Shown: positions 9,985-18,969 of the stretch, one piece after another | How the letters are laid out: the number at the start of each line of letters is the position of its first letter | Numbering within the stretch: position 1 is the stretch's first letter | Source of the DNA: an uncultured Flavobacterium sp. | GTDB taxonomy: Bacteria; Bacteroidota; Bacteroidia; Flavobacteriales; Flavobacteriaceae | Length of the DNA stretch: 64,000 nt | Direction: 5' to 3' | Assembly: GCA_963509895.1 (NCBI GenBank) | Contig: CAUPCW010000003.1 | Location: forward strand, 31,575 to 95,574 | The notes under the pieces: model-generated | Seen by the model: only the letters and a program-made list of their open reading frames with translations | The model's database searches: none | What the model was told of the DNA's origin: nothing | Position numbers and translations under genes: made by a program

Positions 9985-10277
9985 ATGAAACTTTCCTATG
10001 TTTATATTTTAAAATGCGCTGATGGTAGTTATTATACTGGTGTAACTAGTAATTTAGAACAAAGGCTATTTCGACATAATACTGCTTATTTTCCTGAGAG
10101 CTATACTGCAAGTAGAAGGCCTCTTGAACTCGTTTTTTATTGTGAGTTTACGGATATTACTATAGCAATTGAAAAAGAGAAACAGATTAAAAAATGGTCA
10201 CGAGCCAAAAAGAGGCATTAATTAATGGTGATTTTGAAGCCTTGGTAAATCTGGCCAAGAAAAAGTTCTCGATATGA
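9985..10277 (+). pseudogene. GIY-YIG nuclease family protein, apparently frameshifted near the 3' end
   Basis: YVYILKCADGSYYTGVT, EKQIKKWSRAKK; adding one A to the A5 run at ~10207-10211 gives ...RAKKEALINGDFEALVNLAKKKFSI* ending at 10277, whereas the current ORF stops at 10221. Confidence 0.75.
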
Positions 10278-10354
10278 TTTGAAAAGCTATCGCATTTCAA
10301 ATCTACTCATCTGATTCCTCGATAAAAACTCGGGGCAGGCTCTAATCGCACGAT

Positions 10355-10584
10355 CGTCAGTTCGAGTGATTTTAGGAAAATGCGATAGCTTTTTCATAAA
10401 ATTGTATCGAGAACCTTGGGTGCATTAAAGGTTCTCGATACATTTTAATCGCCTTCGCTATCGCTAGGCAATTAAAACACTCGAACTGACGTACAGGTGT
10501 CGAGAACATTTGGTAGCAGCGTTGTTCTCGATACATTTTCTATACCCTTGCTATTGCAAGGCAGAGAAAACACTCGCGCTGATG
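10355..10584. repeat. CGTC-tagged palindromic elements downstream of GIY-YIG
   Basis: Full copy at 10355-10491 with 14-bp TIR; partial copy at ~10497-10584. Confidence 0.88.
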
Positions 10585-10619
10585 AGTGAGAGTTATCAAT
10601 TAAAATCTATTTATAAAAA

Positions 10620-11558
10620 ATGATATATATAGTATTCTTTATTGTTCTGCTCTTAGCGGAACTTTTTTATTTTAAAATCGCAGATTGGTCCAATATTATC
10701 GACAAGCCTAATTTGCGCTCTTCGCATACTCAAATTACCTTACGTGGAGGTGGGATTTTGTTTCCTATTGCTGTGGTACTCGGTTTTGGGATGGGGTATG
10801 TGAGTTGGGCTTTGGCCTTGGCTGTTTTATTGGTGGCGGTGGTCAGTTTTGTGGATGATATACGGCCCTTGTCGCAATTGCCGCGTTTGGTAGCACATTT
10901 ATTAGCTATTGGTTTGGTGTTGTATGATTTAGAGCTCATCACCATAGGTTGGTGGTGGTTGCCTGTAGTGACCATTTTGCTCATTGGTTGGATCAATGCG
11001 TTTAATTTTATGGATGGGATCAATGGGATTACGGTCTTGTATGCTTTGGTAAGTCTCGTTTCTTTTCGTTTTTTACCTGAATTGGCTGCTGCTATCCCTA
11101 TGCTCGATGTAATGGGAATAGCCTGTTTGGTATTTGCCTTGTTTAATTTGAGAAAACGCGCTAAAACCTTTGCGGGAGATGTTGGGAGTGTAGCTATGGC
11201 GTTGTTTTTGGGTTATTATATGGTGGAGCTGATTGTCGCTAGCCAACAAATAGGTTATTTGCTTTTCTTTGCCGTTTACGGTATAGATGCGGTACTTACC
11301 ATCATAAATCGCTTACGAAAAAAGGAGAATATACTAGACGCACATCGTTCGCACTTGTATCAGTATTTGGCTAATGAAAAGGGATTGCCTCATGTGGGAG
11401 TGGCTGTCGGGTATGCTGTGATGCAGTTGCTGGTGAATTGTTTTGCGTTTTATTTGATAGAACAAGAGGCTCTGGCTCTAGGTGTTTTTGTATTGATTTT
11501 AGCGGTGATGAGTGTGGTATATTTGGGAGCTCGGTATTGGGCGACGAAAGGGGTTTAA
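10620..11558 (+). CDS. MraY/WecA-like undecaprenyl-phosphate HexNAc-1-phosphate transferase
   Basis: RSSH, RGGGI, VSFVDD, NAFNFMDGINGI, FAGDVGS, HRSHLYQ; multi-pass hydrophobic pattern. Confidence 0.92.
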   Translation: MIYIVFFIVLLLAELFYFKIADWSNIIDKPNLRSSHTQITLRGGGILFPIAVVLGFGMGYVSWALALAVLLVAVVSFVDDIRPLSQLPRLVAHLLAIGLVLYDLELITIGWWWLPVVTILLIGWINAFNFMDGINGITVLYALVSLVSFRFLPELAAAIPMLDVMGIACLVFALFNLRKRAKTFAGDVGSVAMALFLGYYMVELIVASQQIGYLLFFAVYGIDAVLTIINRLRKKENILDAHRSHLYQYLANEKGLPHVGVAVGYAVMQLLVNCFAFYLIEQEALALGVFVLILAVMSVVYLGARYWATKGV

Positions 11559-11562
11559 TAGG

Positions 11563-11743
11563 TTAATTGTTTAAGGTTATTTAAAATTGTTTAATCGGTT
11601 AACTGTTTAATCGGTTAATTGTGTGGTTGTTTAAAATTGTTTAACTGTTTAATTGTTTAACTGTTTAATTGTTTAACTGTTGGGGTTGTGTAAAAAATTA
11701 AGCTTTAACCGCGAAGGTCGTAAAGGATTACACAAGGTTCGCT
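11563..11743 (+). repeat. TTAA(T/C)(T/C)G(T/G) octamer tract followed by TTAACCGC-AAG motif
   Basis: Octamers at 11563-11680; motif at 11705-11743. Confidence 0.85.
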
Positions 11744-11805
11744 ACCATACATTCTAATTTAATAAATCCAAACTATACGTAACCAAGATACGATTACGGT
11801 TATCA

Positions 11806-11834
11806 CTCCCCTCTAGAGAGGGGTTTGGGGTGTG
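11806..11834. repeat. CCCCTCT-ag-AGAGGGG palindrome with G-rich tail
   Basis: Perfect 7-bp arms at 11808-11823; related motifs at 23730, 24001 and 57684. Confidence 0.7.
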
Positions 11835-12065
11835 TTTTGAAGAAAGATAATGTGAGTTTACGTTTTGTTTAAGCGCTAAAGAGAACCGAGAACAAGGCTT
11901 TATTGATACAAAGTCTCTCGACTGTACTTCGACTTCGTTCAGCATAAACTACTCGAGGTGACAATCAAAGGTAGAAGATAGAAGATAGAAGGTAGAGGTT
12001 AGACGTGGTAGGCAGTTAACAATGTACAGGAAAGTTCAGTTAGAATAAAAAGATAAGAAAATAAT

Positions 12066-12503
12066 ATGGGAGCTATAGTGAAACAACCTAGGCTAATAGA
12101 AGGGGGTATTCATACCGATCATAGAGGGCAAATTTCGTTTGTCAACGGAATGGTCTTTGACGCCATTGTTCGGTTTTATATTATTAGTAATTCGGAGGAG
12201 CAATCGTTGCGTGCATGGCAAGGACATCGCATAGATAATAAGTATTTTTATTGTGTGCAAGGTTCGATCAGAGTGCATTTTGTTAAAGTGGACCACTGGG
12301 AATCCCCTTCGAAAGACTTACCTGTGCAAAGTGTTTTGCTTTCGGCTAACGAAAGTAAAGTGTTGCACATACCAGAAGGCTATGCTAATGCCATTGAGTC
12401 CTTGGAAGTGGGTTCGAAATTGATTTCTTTTTCGACTTTGTCGCTTGACAGGACTTCGGAAGATGATGTACGGTTTCCGGTAGATACGTGGAAGGTTGTT
12501 TAA
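12066..12503 (+). CDS. Cupin-fold sugar epimerase/isomerase (WxcM/FdtA-like)
   Basis: HTDHRG, RAWQGH, YFYCVQG, LHIPEGYA; RmlC-like cupin pattern. Confidence 0.8.
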   Translation: MGAIVKQPRLIEGGIHTDHRGQISFVNGMVFDAIVRFYIISNSEEQSLRAWQGHRIDNKYFYCVQGSIRVHFVKVDHWESPSKDLPVQSVLLSANESKVLHIPEGYANAIESLEVGSKLISFSTLSLDRTSEDDVRFPVDTWKVV

Positions 12504-12802
12504 AAGGTTAATCGGTTAATTGTTTAATCGTTTAAAAGTTTAAATTTTAACCGCAAGGGACGCAAAGAATTACGTAAATGTTCGCTAGGAAAAATATGCA
12601 ACTACATGTAAACAAGATTCTATTGGGGGTTTTCAGTTGTCTGTTTTTAGTTATTGGTTATCGTTTGTCGGTTTCTGTTCTCGGTTTTCTGTTAGGGAGT
12701 ATTGATTTTGATAGACGATTGCAACTATAGGGATCATTATTGTGATGAAGTAAAACAAATTTGTTTATTACTTTTAAGTTTCTATTTTTTAAATTTTCGT
12801 TT

Positions 12803-13633
12803 ATGACAAAGCATCAAGCCTTACAGTTATTTGAAGAAAAAAATGTAAGAACCCTTTGGGATTCTGATCAAGAACAATGGTATTTTTCTATTGTAGACAC
12901 GATTGCTGTTTTGACAGAAAGTGTTGATGCTCCTGCGTATTGGAGAAAATTAAAGCAAAGGCTTAAGGCAGAGGGGAATGAAACCGTGACGAATTGTCAC
13001 GCTTTGAAAATGAAAGCTTCTGATGGAAAAATGCGAATGACCGATGTAGCGGATACCGAGCAGCTTTTTCGATTGATTCAATCTATTCCTTCGCCAAAAG
13101 CAGAGCCTTTTAAACTTTGGTTGGCACAAGTGGCTTCGGATCGATTGGACGAAATGCAGGATCCTGAGCTTTCTATTGATAGGGCTTTAGCGCGCTATTT
13201 GCAATTGGGTTATTCGGCAAACTGGATTAACCAAAGGCTGAAAAGCATTGAGGTACGCAAAGAACTAACAGACGAATGGAAAAAAAGGGGGCTAAAAGAA
13301 GGAGTGCAATTTGCTACACTAACGGACATCATCACCAAAGCCTGGTCGGATAAAACAACTAAAGAATACAAGGTTTTGAAAGGGTTGAAAAAGGAAAACC
13401 TGCGTGACAATATGACGAATACAGAATTGATTCTGAATATGCTTGCGGAGGCTTCCACTAAAGATATTTCTCAGGCTGTAAATCCTGAAACTTTTGAAGC
13501 CAATCAATTAGTGGCACAGCAAGGAGGCAACGTTGCCAAAGTGGCTTTGAAAGAGTTGGAAGCTAAAACAGGAAAAAAAGTAGTAACGGCATTGAATGCC
13601 AAATCGCTGGATCAACTGAAATCTGAAGAATAG
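12803..13633 (+). CDS. BRO-N domain (phage antirepressor-like) protein
   Basis: VRTLWD..QEQWYFSIVD, YWRKLKQRL, ASDGKMRMTD, IPSPKAEPFKLWLA; in-frame ATG at 12803 preferred over the track TTG. Confidence 0.85.
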   Translation: MTKHQALQLFEEKNVRTLWDSDQEQWYFSIVDTIAVLTESVDAPAYWRKLKQRLKAEGNETVTNCHALKMKASDGKMRMTDVADTEQLFRLIQSIPSPKAEPFKLWLAQVASDRLDEMQDPELSIDRALARYLQLGYSANWINQRLKSIEVRKELTDEWKKRGLKEGVQFATLTDIITKAWSDKTTKEYKVLKGLKKENLRDNMTNTELILNMLAEASTKDISQAVNPETFEANQLVAQQGGNVAKVALKELEAKTGKKVVTALNAKSLDQLKSEE

Positions 13634-13715
13634 CAGCAACAAGCACCCATGGTAAATTTTTAAACTTTTCCCAAGGTTTTTACTATAAAAAATGAACAAG
13701 TAAGATGAAATATAC

Positions 13716-13895
13716 ATGGCAGGGTACCTAGGAATGGTTGGGTTTGATTATAATCGAAGCCTACCGGAGTACCATTTGGATTTTGATTCCGTAGCGACTA
13801 CCTTTTATTTAGGTTCAACTACTACAACCGAACAAGTAACCGAACAAGTACAGGTACTGATTCAGTTATCGGTTATCGGTTATCAGTTTGTTTAA
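13716..13895 (+). pseudogene. Short remnant carrying a TEQVTEQV linker; possible decayed HATPase_c_4- or Fic-type gene
   Basis: Manual translation MAGYLGMVGFDYNRSLPEYHLDFDSVATTFYLGSTTTTEQVTEQVQVLIQLSVIGYQFV*; its 3' end runs into a heptamer tract. Confidence 0.4.
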
Positions 13896-14130
13896 TTGGT
13901 TAATGGTTTAAAAGTTTAAGGTTTAACCGGAAAATTTCTAGGGTAAATTCCAATTTTTAAAATTCCAAAAGGGTAACCGCTAAGAAGCAGGAAGGCAAAG
14001 TTTTTTAGGAGGGATTGCCACGAATTCACGAATTGTAATTTGAAATGCTGTGTGTTTGAATGGCAACGAATGCATAATTTTTTTTATACCCTTTCTGAGT
14101 TTTGGACTCTGAAAGGGTTTTTTATTGGGG

Positions 14131-14964
14131 TTAGGAAAAGGTAAATGGAGGTTTTACATTTTCGGTAGAGGTTTCTCCTGGGGCAGCATTAGATTCGTTG
14201 GGATGTTTTGGATAATATTGGTAAGCGATCAGGGTTGCCGTGTTGTATTTTCGATGGAGTGGCACGTGTTTACTCCCTTGTTGTTTGGAGAATCCAATGA
14301 ACAAGAAAGTGAGGTGGAGGTCTTGGTCTGTTGGGGGTATGGCTGTAATAGTGACGTCTTGAGGACTAGCGGATTTTGAAAATAATTGAGGTCTGGCATA
14401 GTGAGTGGTATGATGATTGGTTTCAATGTTCCAATTGGCAATCGCTAAACTAAAGGTGATATGAGTGGCATCTACCGGCCATTCGATGTCGGCTGCAAGT
14501 TTGCACTTTGGAAAATGAAAGGTGTCGTCTTTTATTTTCCATTTTTTATTTTTAAGGACTAACGGTAACGGCCGCAAGGTGTTGCTCTCAAAACCTACTA
14601 GCTGCTCTTGTCCGTTTTTGGTTTTTATGCCTTCTGGAAATTGGCGCGATCCTAGTTCGTTGAAGTTGTCATTTTGTAAGATTTCGATAAGTAACTTGTT
14701 TGTTCTGCCTGCAAAGTTGCCATTTTTGGCCTTTTTATTGAATTGCAGCGCTAATAATCTGAACGTTTTGGCAATTGTTGCGCATTGTGCAAATTCTTGG
14801 TTTTGCATTCTCATTTTATGAAAGCAAGGGTCTTTTTAGTATCGTTCAGCCGTTATGCTAGACTCTGCTTTTGTTCTAACACGGTTCACCTTGTTTTCAT
14901 CCAAATAAAAGTTGAGGTCGTTTAGTGTACCTTCTATTTGAAAGGGTGCTATTACTTTTGCCAT
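14131..14964 (-). pseudogene. Conserved Bacteroidota hypothetical protein with an in-frame premature stop
   Basis: ATG at 14964 gives MAKVIAPFQIEGTLNDLNFYLDENKVNRVRTKAESSITAERY*KDPCFHK, in frame with the 227-aa ORF; single TAA at 14838-14836. Confidence 0.7.
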
Positions 14965-14992
14965 AGGATTTTTATTGCAATATAAGAAAAAA

Positions 14993-15136
14993 GTTATCAG
15001 TTGTCGGTTATCAGTTGTCTGTTATCGGTTATCAGTTATCGGTTGTCGCTTATCAGTTAATGGTTTAAGGTGGTTTAAGGTTGTTTAAAATTGTTTAAAG
15101 GTTTAAAAGTTTAAGCTTTAATTGCGAGGTTCGCTG
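14993..15136 (+). repeat. Heptamer tract, then octamer tract, then TTAATTGCGAGGTTCGCT motif
   Basis: Nine heptamers at 14993-15055; octamer-like units to ~15118; motif at 15119-15136. Confidence 0.8.
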
Positions 15137-15199
15137 GTGTAAATTGCAATTAATACATTTCCAAATTCACAATGTCGGTTTTTATCACTTTTGGTTTTC

Positions 15200-15241
15200 G
15201 TTCCTTTTCCACCCTTTAGGTAGCGGTAAGGGAAAAGGAAC
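15200..15241. terminator. 11-bp-stem hairpin, possible terminator or structural element
   Basis: GTTCCTTTTCC / GGAAAAGGAAC with a 20-nt loop. Confidence 0.4.
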
Positions 15242-15388
15242 AATTCTTTGTCACATCAAGTTCAATCAATAGGTTGTAAAGGATTCTTGGTATCGTTTAA
15301 AATGATACTACAGTAATCAATTCAACAGTTAACCGATTCAACAATTAACCAATTCAGTGATTGACCTTTCATTTCTTAAATAAAAATA

Positions 15389-15396
15389 TAAATTTG
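15389..15396 (+). promoter_or_regulatory. Bacteroidota -7 promoter element (TAnnTTTG)
   Basis: TAAATTTG just upstream of the rfbC ATG; very close to the start codon, so uncertain. Confidence 0.4.
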
Positions 15397-15400
15397 TAGC

Positions 15401-15949
15401 ATGAATAAAGAAGAAACATTTATTAAAGATTTAGTAGTCCTTACACCAGACGTTTTTGAAGATGCTCGTGGGTATTTTTTTGAAGGCTATAATAAAAACA
15501 AGTTCAGTGCCCTTGGCATCGATATTGATTTTGTACAAGACAATCAGTCGTTTTCCCAAAGAGGCACTTTAAGAGGTTTGCATTATCAAAATCCACCGTT
15601 TGCACAAACTAAGTTAGTTCGGGTGTTGCAAGGGGAGATTATGGATGTGGCTGTCGATTTGAGAAAAGACTCCCCGACCTACGGACAGCATTTTGGCATT
15701 AAATTAACGGCCGAAAATAAAAAACAATTGTTAGTGCCTCAGGGTTTTGCTCATGGCTTTTCGGTCTTGAGTGAAACGGCGGTGGTGTTGTATAAATGTG
15801 ATCAGTTTTATAACAAAGCCAGTGAAGGTGGGATTCGTTTTGATGATCCTACGTTAAACATTGATTGGGGAATGGATTTAGCAGCAGTGATTGTATCTGA
15901 AAAGGATTTGGTTTTACCTGATTTCGCTAATTGCAATAGTGAGTTTTAG
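15401..15949 (+). CDS. rfbC: dTDP-4-dehydrorhamnose 3,5-epimerase
   Basis: DARGYFFE, FVQDNQS, RGLHYQ, QTKLVRV, DVAVDLR, PQGFAHGF. Confidence 0.97.
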   Translation: MNKEETFIKDLVVLTPDVFEDARGYFFEGYNKNKFSALGIDIDFVQDNQSFSQRGTLRGLHYQNPPFAQTKLVRVLQGEIMDVAVDLRKDSPTYGQHFGIKLTAENKKQLLVPQGFAHGFSVLSETAVVLYKCDQFYNKASEGGIRFDDPTLNIDWGMDLAAVIVSEKDLVLPDFANCNSEF

Positions 15950-15965
15950 GAAATGAGGTTAATCG

Positions 15966-16112
15966 GTTGTCAGTTATCGGCTATCAGTTATCGGTTGTGA
16001 GTTATCAGTTGTGAGTTATCAGTTGTGAGTTATCAGTTGTGAGTTATCAGTTGTGAGTTATCAGTTGTGAGTTATCAGTTGTTAGTTATCGGTTATCAGT
16101 TGTGGGTTATCA
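15966..16112 (+). repeat. 21-heptamer tract containing a perfect (GTTGTGAGTTATCA)x6
   Basis: Perfect 14-mers at 15994-16077. Confidence 0.95.
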
Positions 16113-16211
16113 GTTAATTGTTGTTTGCTACTTTTAGTGTTAAGTCTATTTTGTATGTTGTGATATACAAAAAATATTTAATTTTGTATATTTTAGTAAG
16201 CGAAATAAATA

Positions 16212-16219
16212 TATATTTG
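16212..16219 (+). promoter_or_regulatory. Bacteroidota -7 promoter element
   Basis: TATATTTG 18 nt upstream of ATG 16238. Confidence 0.5.
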
Positions 16220-16237
16220 TGTAGTTAACTATGTATT

Positions 16238-17434
16238 ATGGAAGATTTATTTAGAAAATACACCAATAAGTTACAACGAGTCGAAACTAATTTTGTTAGG
16301 AGTTTAATTCATGATGTCAATTGGAATGCTCGTCTAATTGGAATTAAAGGCGCTAGAGGGGTAGGGAAAACAACGCTACTGCTGCAGTATATGAAGCTTA
16401 ATTTTAGTGATCAATTGGAGGAGTCGTTATACGTTAGTTTAGACACCTTTGGATTTAAAGATAGGACTTTAGTTGGTTTAGCAGATGAGTTTGTAAGAAA
16501 TGGAGGAAAGTACCTTTTTTTGGATGAAGTTCATAAGTATGAAAATTGGGCACAGGAACTAAAAAATATTTATGATGACCATGCTGAGTTAAAAGTAGTG
16601 TTTACAGGCTCTTCGCTATTGGAAATATTGAATGCTCGGGCTGATTTGAGTAGAAGGGCAATAGTTTATTATATGCAAGGGCTCTCCTTTAGGGAATATC
16701 TTGAAATGGAAACAGGGCAAAAGTTCGACAAAGTATCGTTGGAAGCTATATTGAACAATCATCTGAAGATTGCGACACAGATCAATAGTAAGGTAAAGCC
16801 CTTTCAGTATTTTGAAAGTTATTTGAAGTATGGATATTATCCTTTTTATAAAGAAGATAAGGATTTGTATGAGCAACGGTTGGAAGAGGTTATCAATATG
16901 ATGCTTGAAATTGAGTTGCCTTTATTGAGGGGTGTTGAAGTGGGTTTGGTTCCAAAAATCAAGCAATTGTTAGCTATTATCTCTGAATCCGTTCCTTTTA
17001 TCCCTAATGTGAGTAATTTAAGTCATAAAATCGGCGTAAATAGAGCTACTATGATGACCTATTTGCATTATTTAGAAGAAGTAGGTCTGACTATAAACTT
17101 GCAAAAAGAGGCAAAAGGAACTGTGAAATTGCAAAAACCTGCTAAAATTTATTTAGAAAACACCAACCTAATGTTTGTTCTTTCTTCGTCAAAAGCAAAT
17201 ATTGGTAACGCAAGAGAAACTTTTTTCACCAATCAATTAGGGTATAAAAATAAGTTGAAACATCACGAAAAAACTGATTTTTTTGTAAATGACTTATACA
17301 CTTTCGAGATTGGAGGTAAGGATAAATCCAGAAAACAAATTGAAGGCATTGAAAACGCTTTTATTGTTGTAGACAATATTGAATATGGTTTTCAAAACAA
17401 AATACCACTATGGTTGTTTGGTTTTTTGTATTGA
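16238..17434 (+). CDS. AAA+ ATPase (AAA_14) with DUF4143-type C-terminal domain
   Basis: Walker A GARGVGKT, Walker B LFLDEVH, FTGSS, DLSRR, GYYPF, KIYLENTNL. Confidence 0.88.
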   Translation: MEDLFRKYTNKLQRVETNFVRSLIHDVNWNARLIGIKGARGVGKTTLLLQYMKLNFSDQLEESLYVSLDTFGFKDRTLVGLADEFVRNGGKYLFLDEVHKYENWAQELKNIYDDHAELKVVFTGSSLLEILNARADLSRRAIVYYMQGLSFREYLEMETGQKFDKVSLEAILNNHLKIATQINSKVKPFQYFESYLKYGYYPFYKEDKDLYEQRLEEVINMMLEIELPLLRGVEVGLVPKIKQLLAIISESVPFIPNVSNLSHKIGVNRATMMTYLHYLEEVGLTINLQKEAKGTVKLQKPAKIYLENTNLMFVLSSSKANIGNARETFFTNQLGYKNKLKHHEKTDFFVNDLYTFEIGGKDKSRKQIEGIENAFIVVDNIEYGFQNKIPLWLFGFLY

Positions 17435-17439
17435 TTTCG

Positions 17440-17557
17440 GTTGTCAGTTATCGGTTATCAGTTATCGGTTGTCAGTTATCAGTTATCGGTTGTCAGTTGT
17501 CAGTTGTGAGTTATGGGGTGGTTATAGTATTGTAATTTAACCGCAAAGTTCGCAAAG
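17440..17557 (+). repeat. 11-heptamer tract followed by TTAACCGCAAAGTTCGCAAAG motif
   Basis: Heptamers at 17440-17516; motif at 17537-17557. Confidence 0.9.
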
Positions 17558-17671
17558 TTGCATAGGTAAGTAGTGCTTGTTGAAATGGATGGGATAGATA
17601 GTACTTGATTTACTTAGCCCTTTATCATTACTGGCTGCTAATCACTAATTACTAAGTACTAAAATAAACAT

Positions 17672-18535
17672 ATGAAAAAAATACTAGTTACGGGCTCGAA
17701 TGGACAATTGGGTTCTGAGTTGAGGGTAATGTCAAATACTTATACTCAATTTCATTGGGATTTTACTGATAGGGCAACACTGAATTTATCTGATTTAGAG
17801 GGATTGGTTACTGTTTTGTCGAATAGTCAACCGGAGTATATCATCAATTGCGGGGCTCATACTGCGGTAGATCGTGCTGAATCCGAGTTGGAACTGGCCG
17901 ATGTTTTGAATCATCGAGCGGTTGCTGTATTGGCCAAATGGTGTACTGAGAACAATTGTAAGTTGATCCATATTTCTACCGATTATGTTTTTGATGGCAC
18001 GGCAGCTACTCCTTTAACGGAGTCCGCTCTTACGGGTCCGATTAACGTCTATGGACAAACGAAACTAGCGGGAGAGTTGGCTTGTTCTAAGGAATGTCCT
18101 ACCGGTATCATTATCAGAGCTTCATGGGTGTATTCAAGTTTTGGTGCTAATTTCGTAAAGACGATGTCGAAGTTGATGCAAGAAAGAGATACCTTGAATG
18201 TGGTCAACGATCAAATTGGTAGCCCAACTTATGCGGCAGACTTAGCACAAGCCATTATGACCATTCTTACTCATCCCAATTGGCAATCGGGTATCTATCA
18301 TTTTTCTAATGAAGGCGAAATCAGTTGGTATGAATTTGCTCTAGCTATCCAAGAAATTGGCGAATTTGATTGCAAAGTAAGTGGTATTCCAACTTCGGCA
18401 TATCCGACTCCAGCGAAACGTCCACAGTATTCTTTATTGGATAAAAGTAAAATTAAAGCTACTTTTGGAGTGATTGTTCCGGAATATAGGGAGAGTTTGA
18501 TTGCATGCATGAGGCAATTAATTAACACGAATTAA
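17672..18535 (+). CDS. rfbD: dTDP-4-dehydrorhamnose reductase
   Basis: LVTGSNGQLG, HISTDYVFDG, YGQTKLAGE, DQIGSPT, PAKRP. Confidence 0.97.
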   Translation: MKKILVTGSNGQLGSELRVMSNTYTQFHWDFTDRATLNLSDLEGLVTVLSNSQPEYIINCGAHTAVDRAESELELADVLNHRAVAVLAKWCTENNCKLIHISTDYVFDGTAATPLTESALTGPINVYGQTKLAGELACSKECPTGIIIRASWVYSSFGANFVKTMSKLMQERDTLNVVNDQIGSPTYAADLAQAIMTILTHPNWQSGIYHFSNEGEISWYEFALAIQEIGEFDCKVSGIPTSAYPTPAKRPQYSLLDKSKIKATFGVIVPEYRESLIACMRQLINTN

Positions 18536-18559
18536 AAACGAATTTTACGAATTGTGCTA

Positions 18560-18949
18560 ATGGATAAAATACTTTTTAAGGAAGAGAGCTTTAAAATTAT
18601 TGGTGCTTGTATGAAAGTACATCGTACATTAGGAGCTGGATTTTTGGAGGCGGTTTATGAGGAAGCTTTGGCAAAAGAATTTTTAATCCAAAATATTCCT
18701 TTTAAGAGGCAGCTGAAATTGGAATTGTATTATGAAAAGGAGAAATTGAATAAACATTATAGAGCAGATTTTGTTTGCTATGATACTATTATTTTAGAAA
18801 TAAAAGCAGTACGGCATATTCCAGATGTGTTTTCTGCACAGTTGAGAAATTATTTAAAATGTACTTCTATGGAATTGGGTATGCTGATTAATTTTGGTAC
18901 ATCCTCATTAAATTATAAAAGAATAATTAATTTGAAAAATTCGGATTAA
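18560..18949 (+). CDS. GxxExxY protein (PD-(D/E)XK nuclease-like fold)
   Basis: [39 protein letters not shown]; in-frame ATG at 18560. Confidence 0.92.
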   Translation: MDKILFKEESFKIIGACMKVHRTLGAGFLEAVYEEALAKEFLIQNIPFKRQLKLELYYEKEKLNKHYRADFVCYDTIILEIKAVRHIPDVFSAQLRNYLKCTSMELGMLINFGTSSLNYKRIINLKNSD

Positions 18950-18969
18950 TTCGTAAAATTAGAATACCT

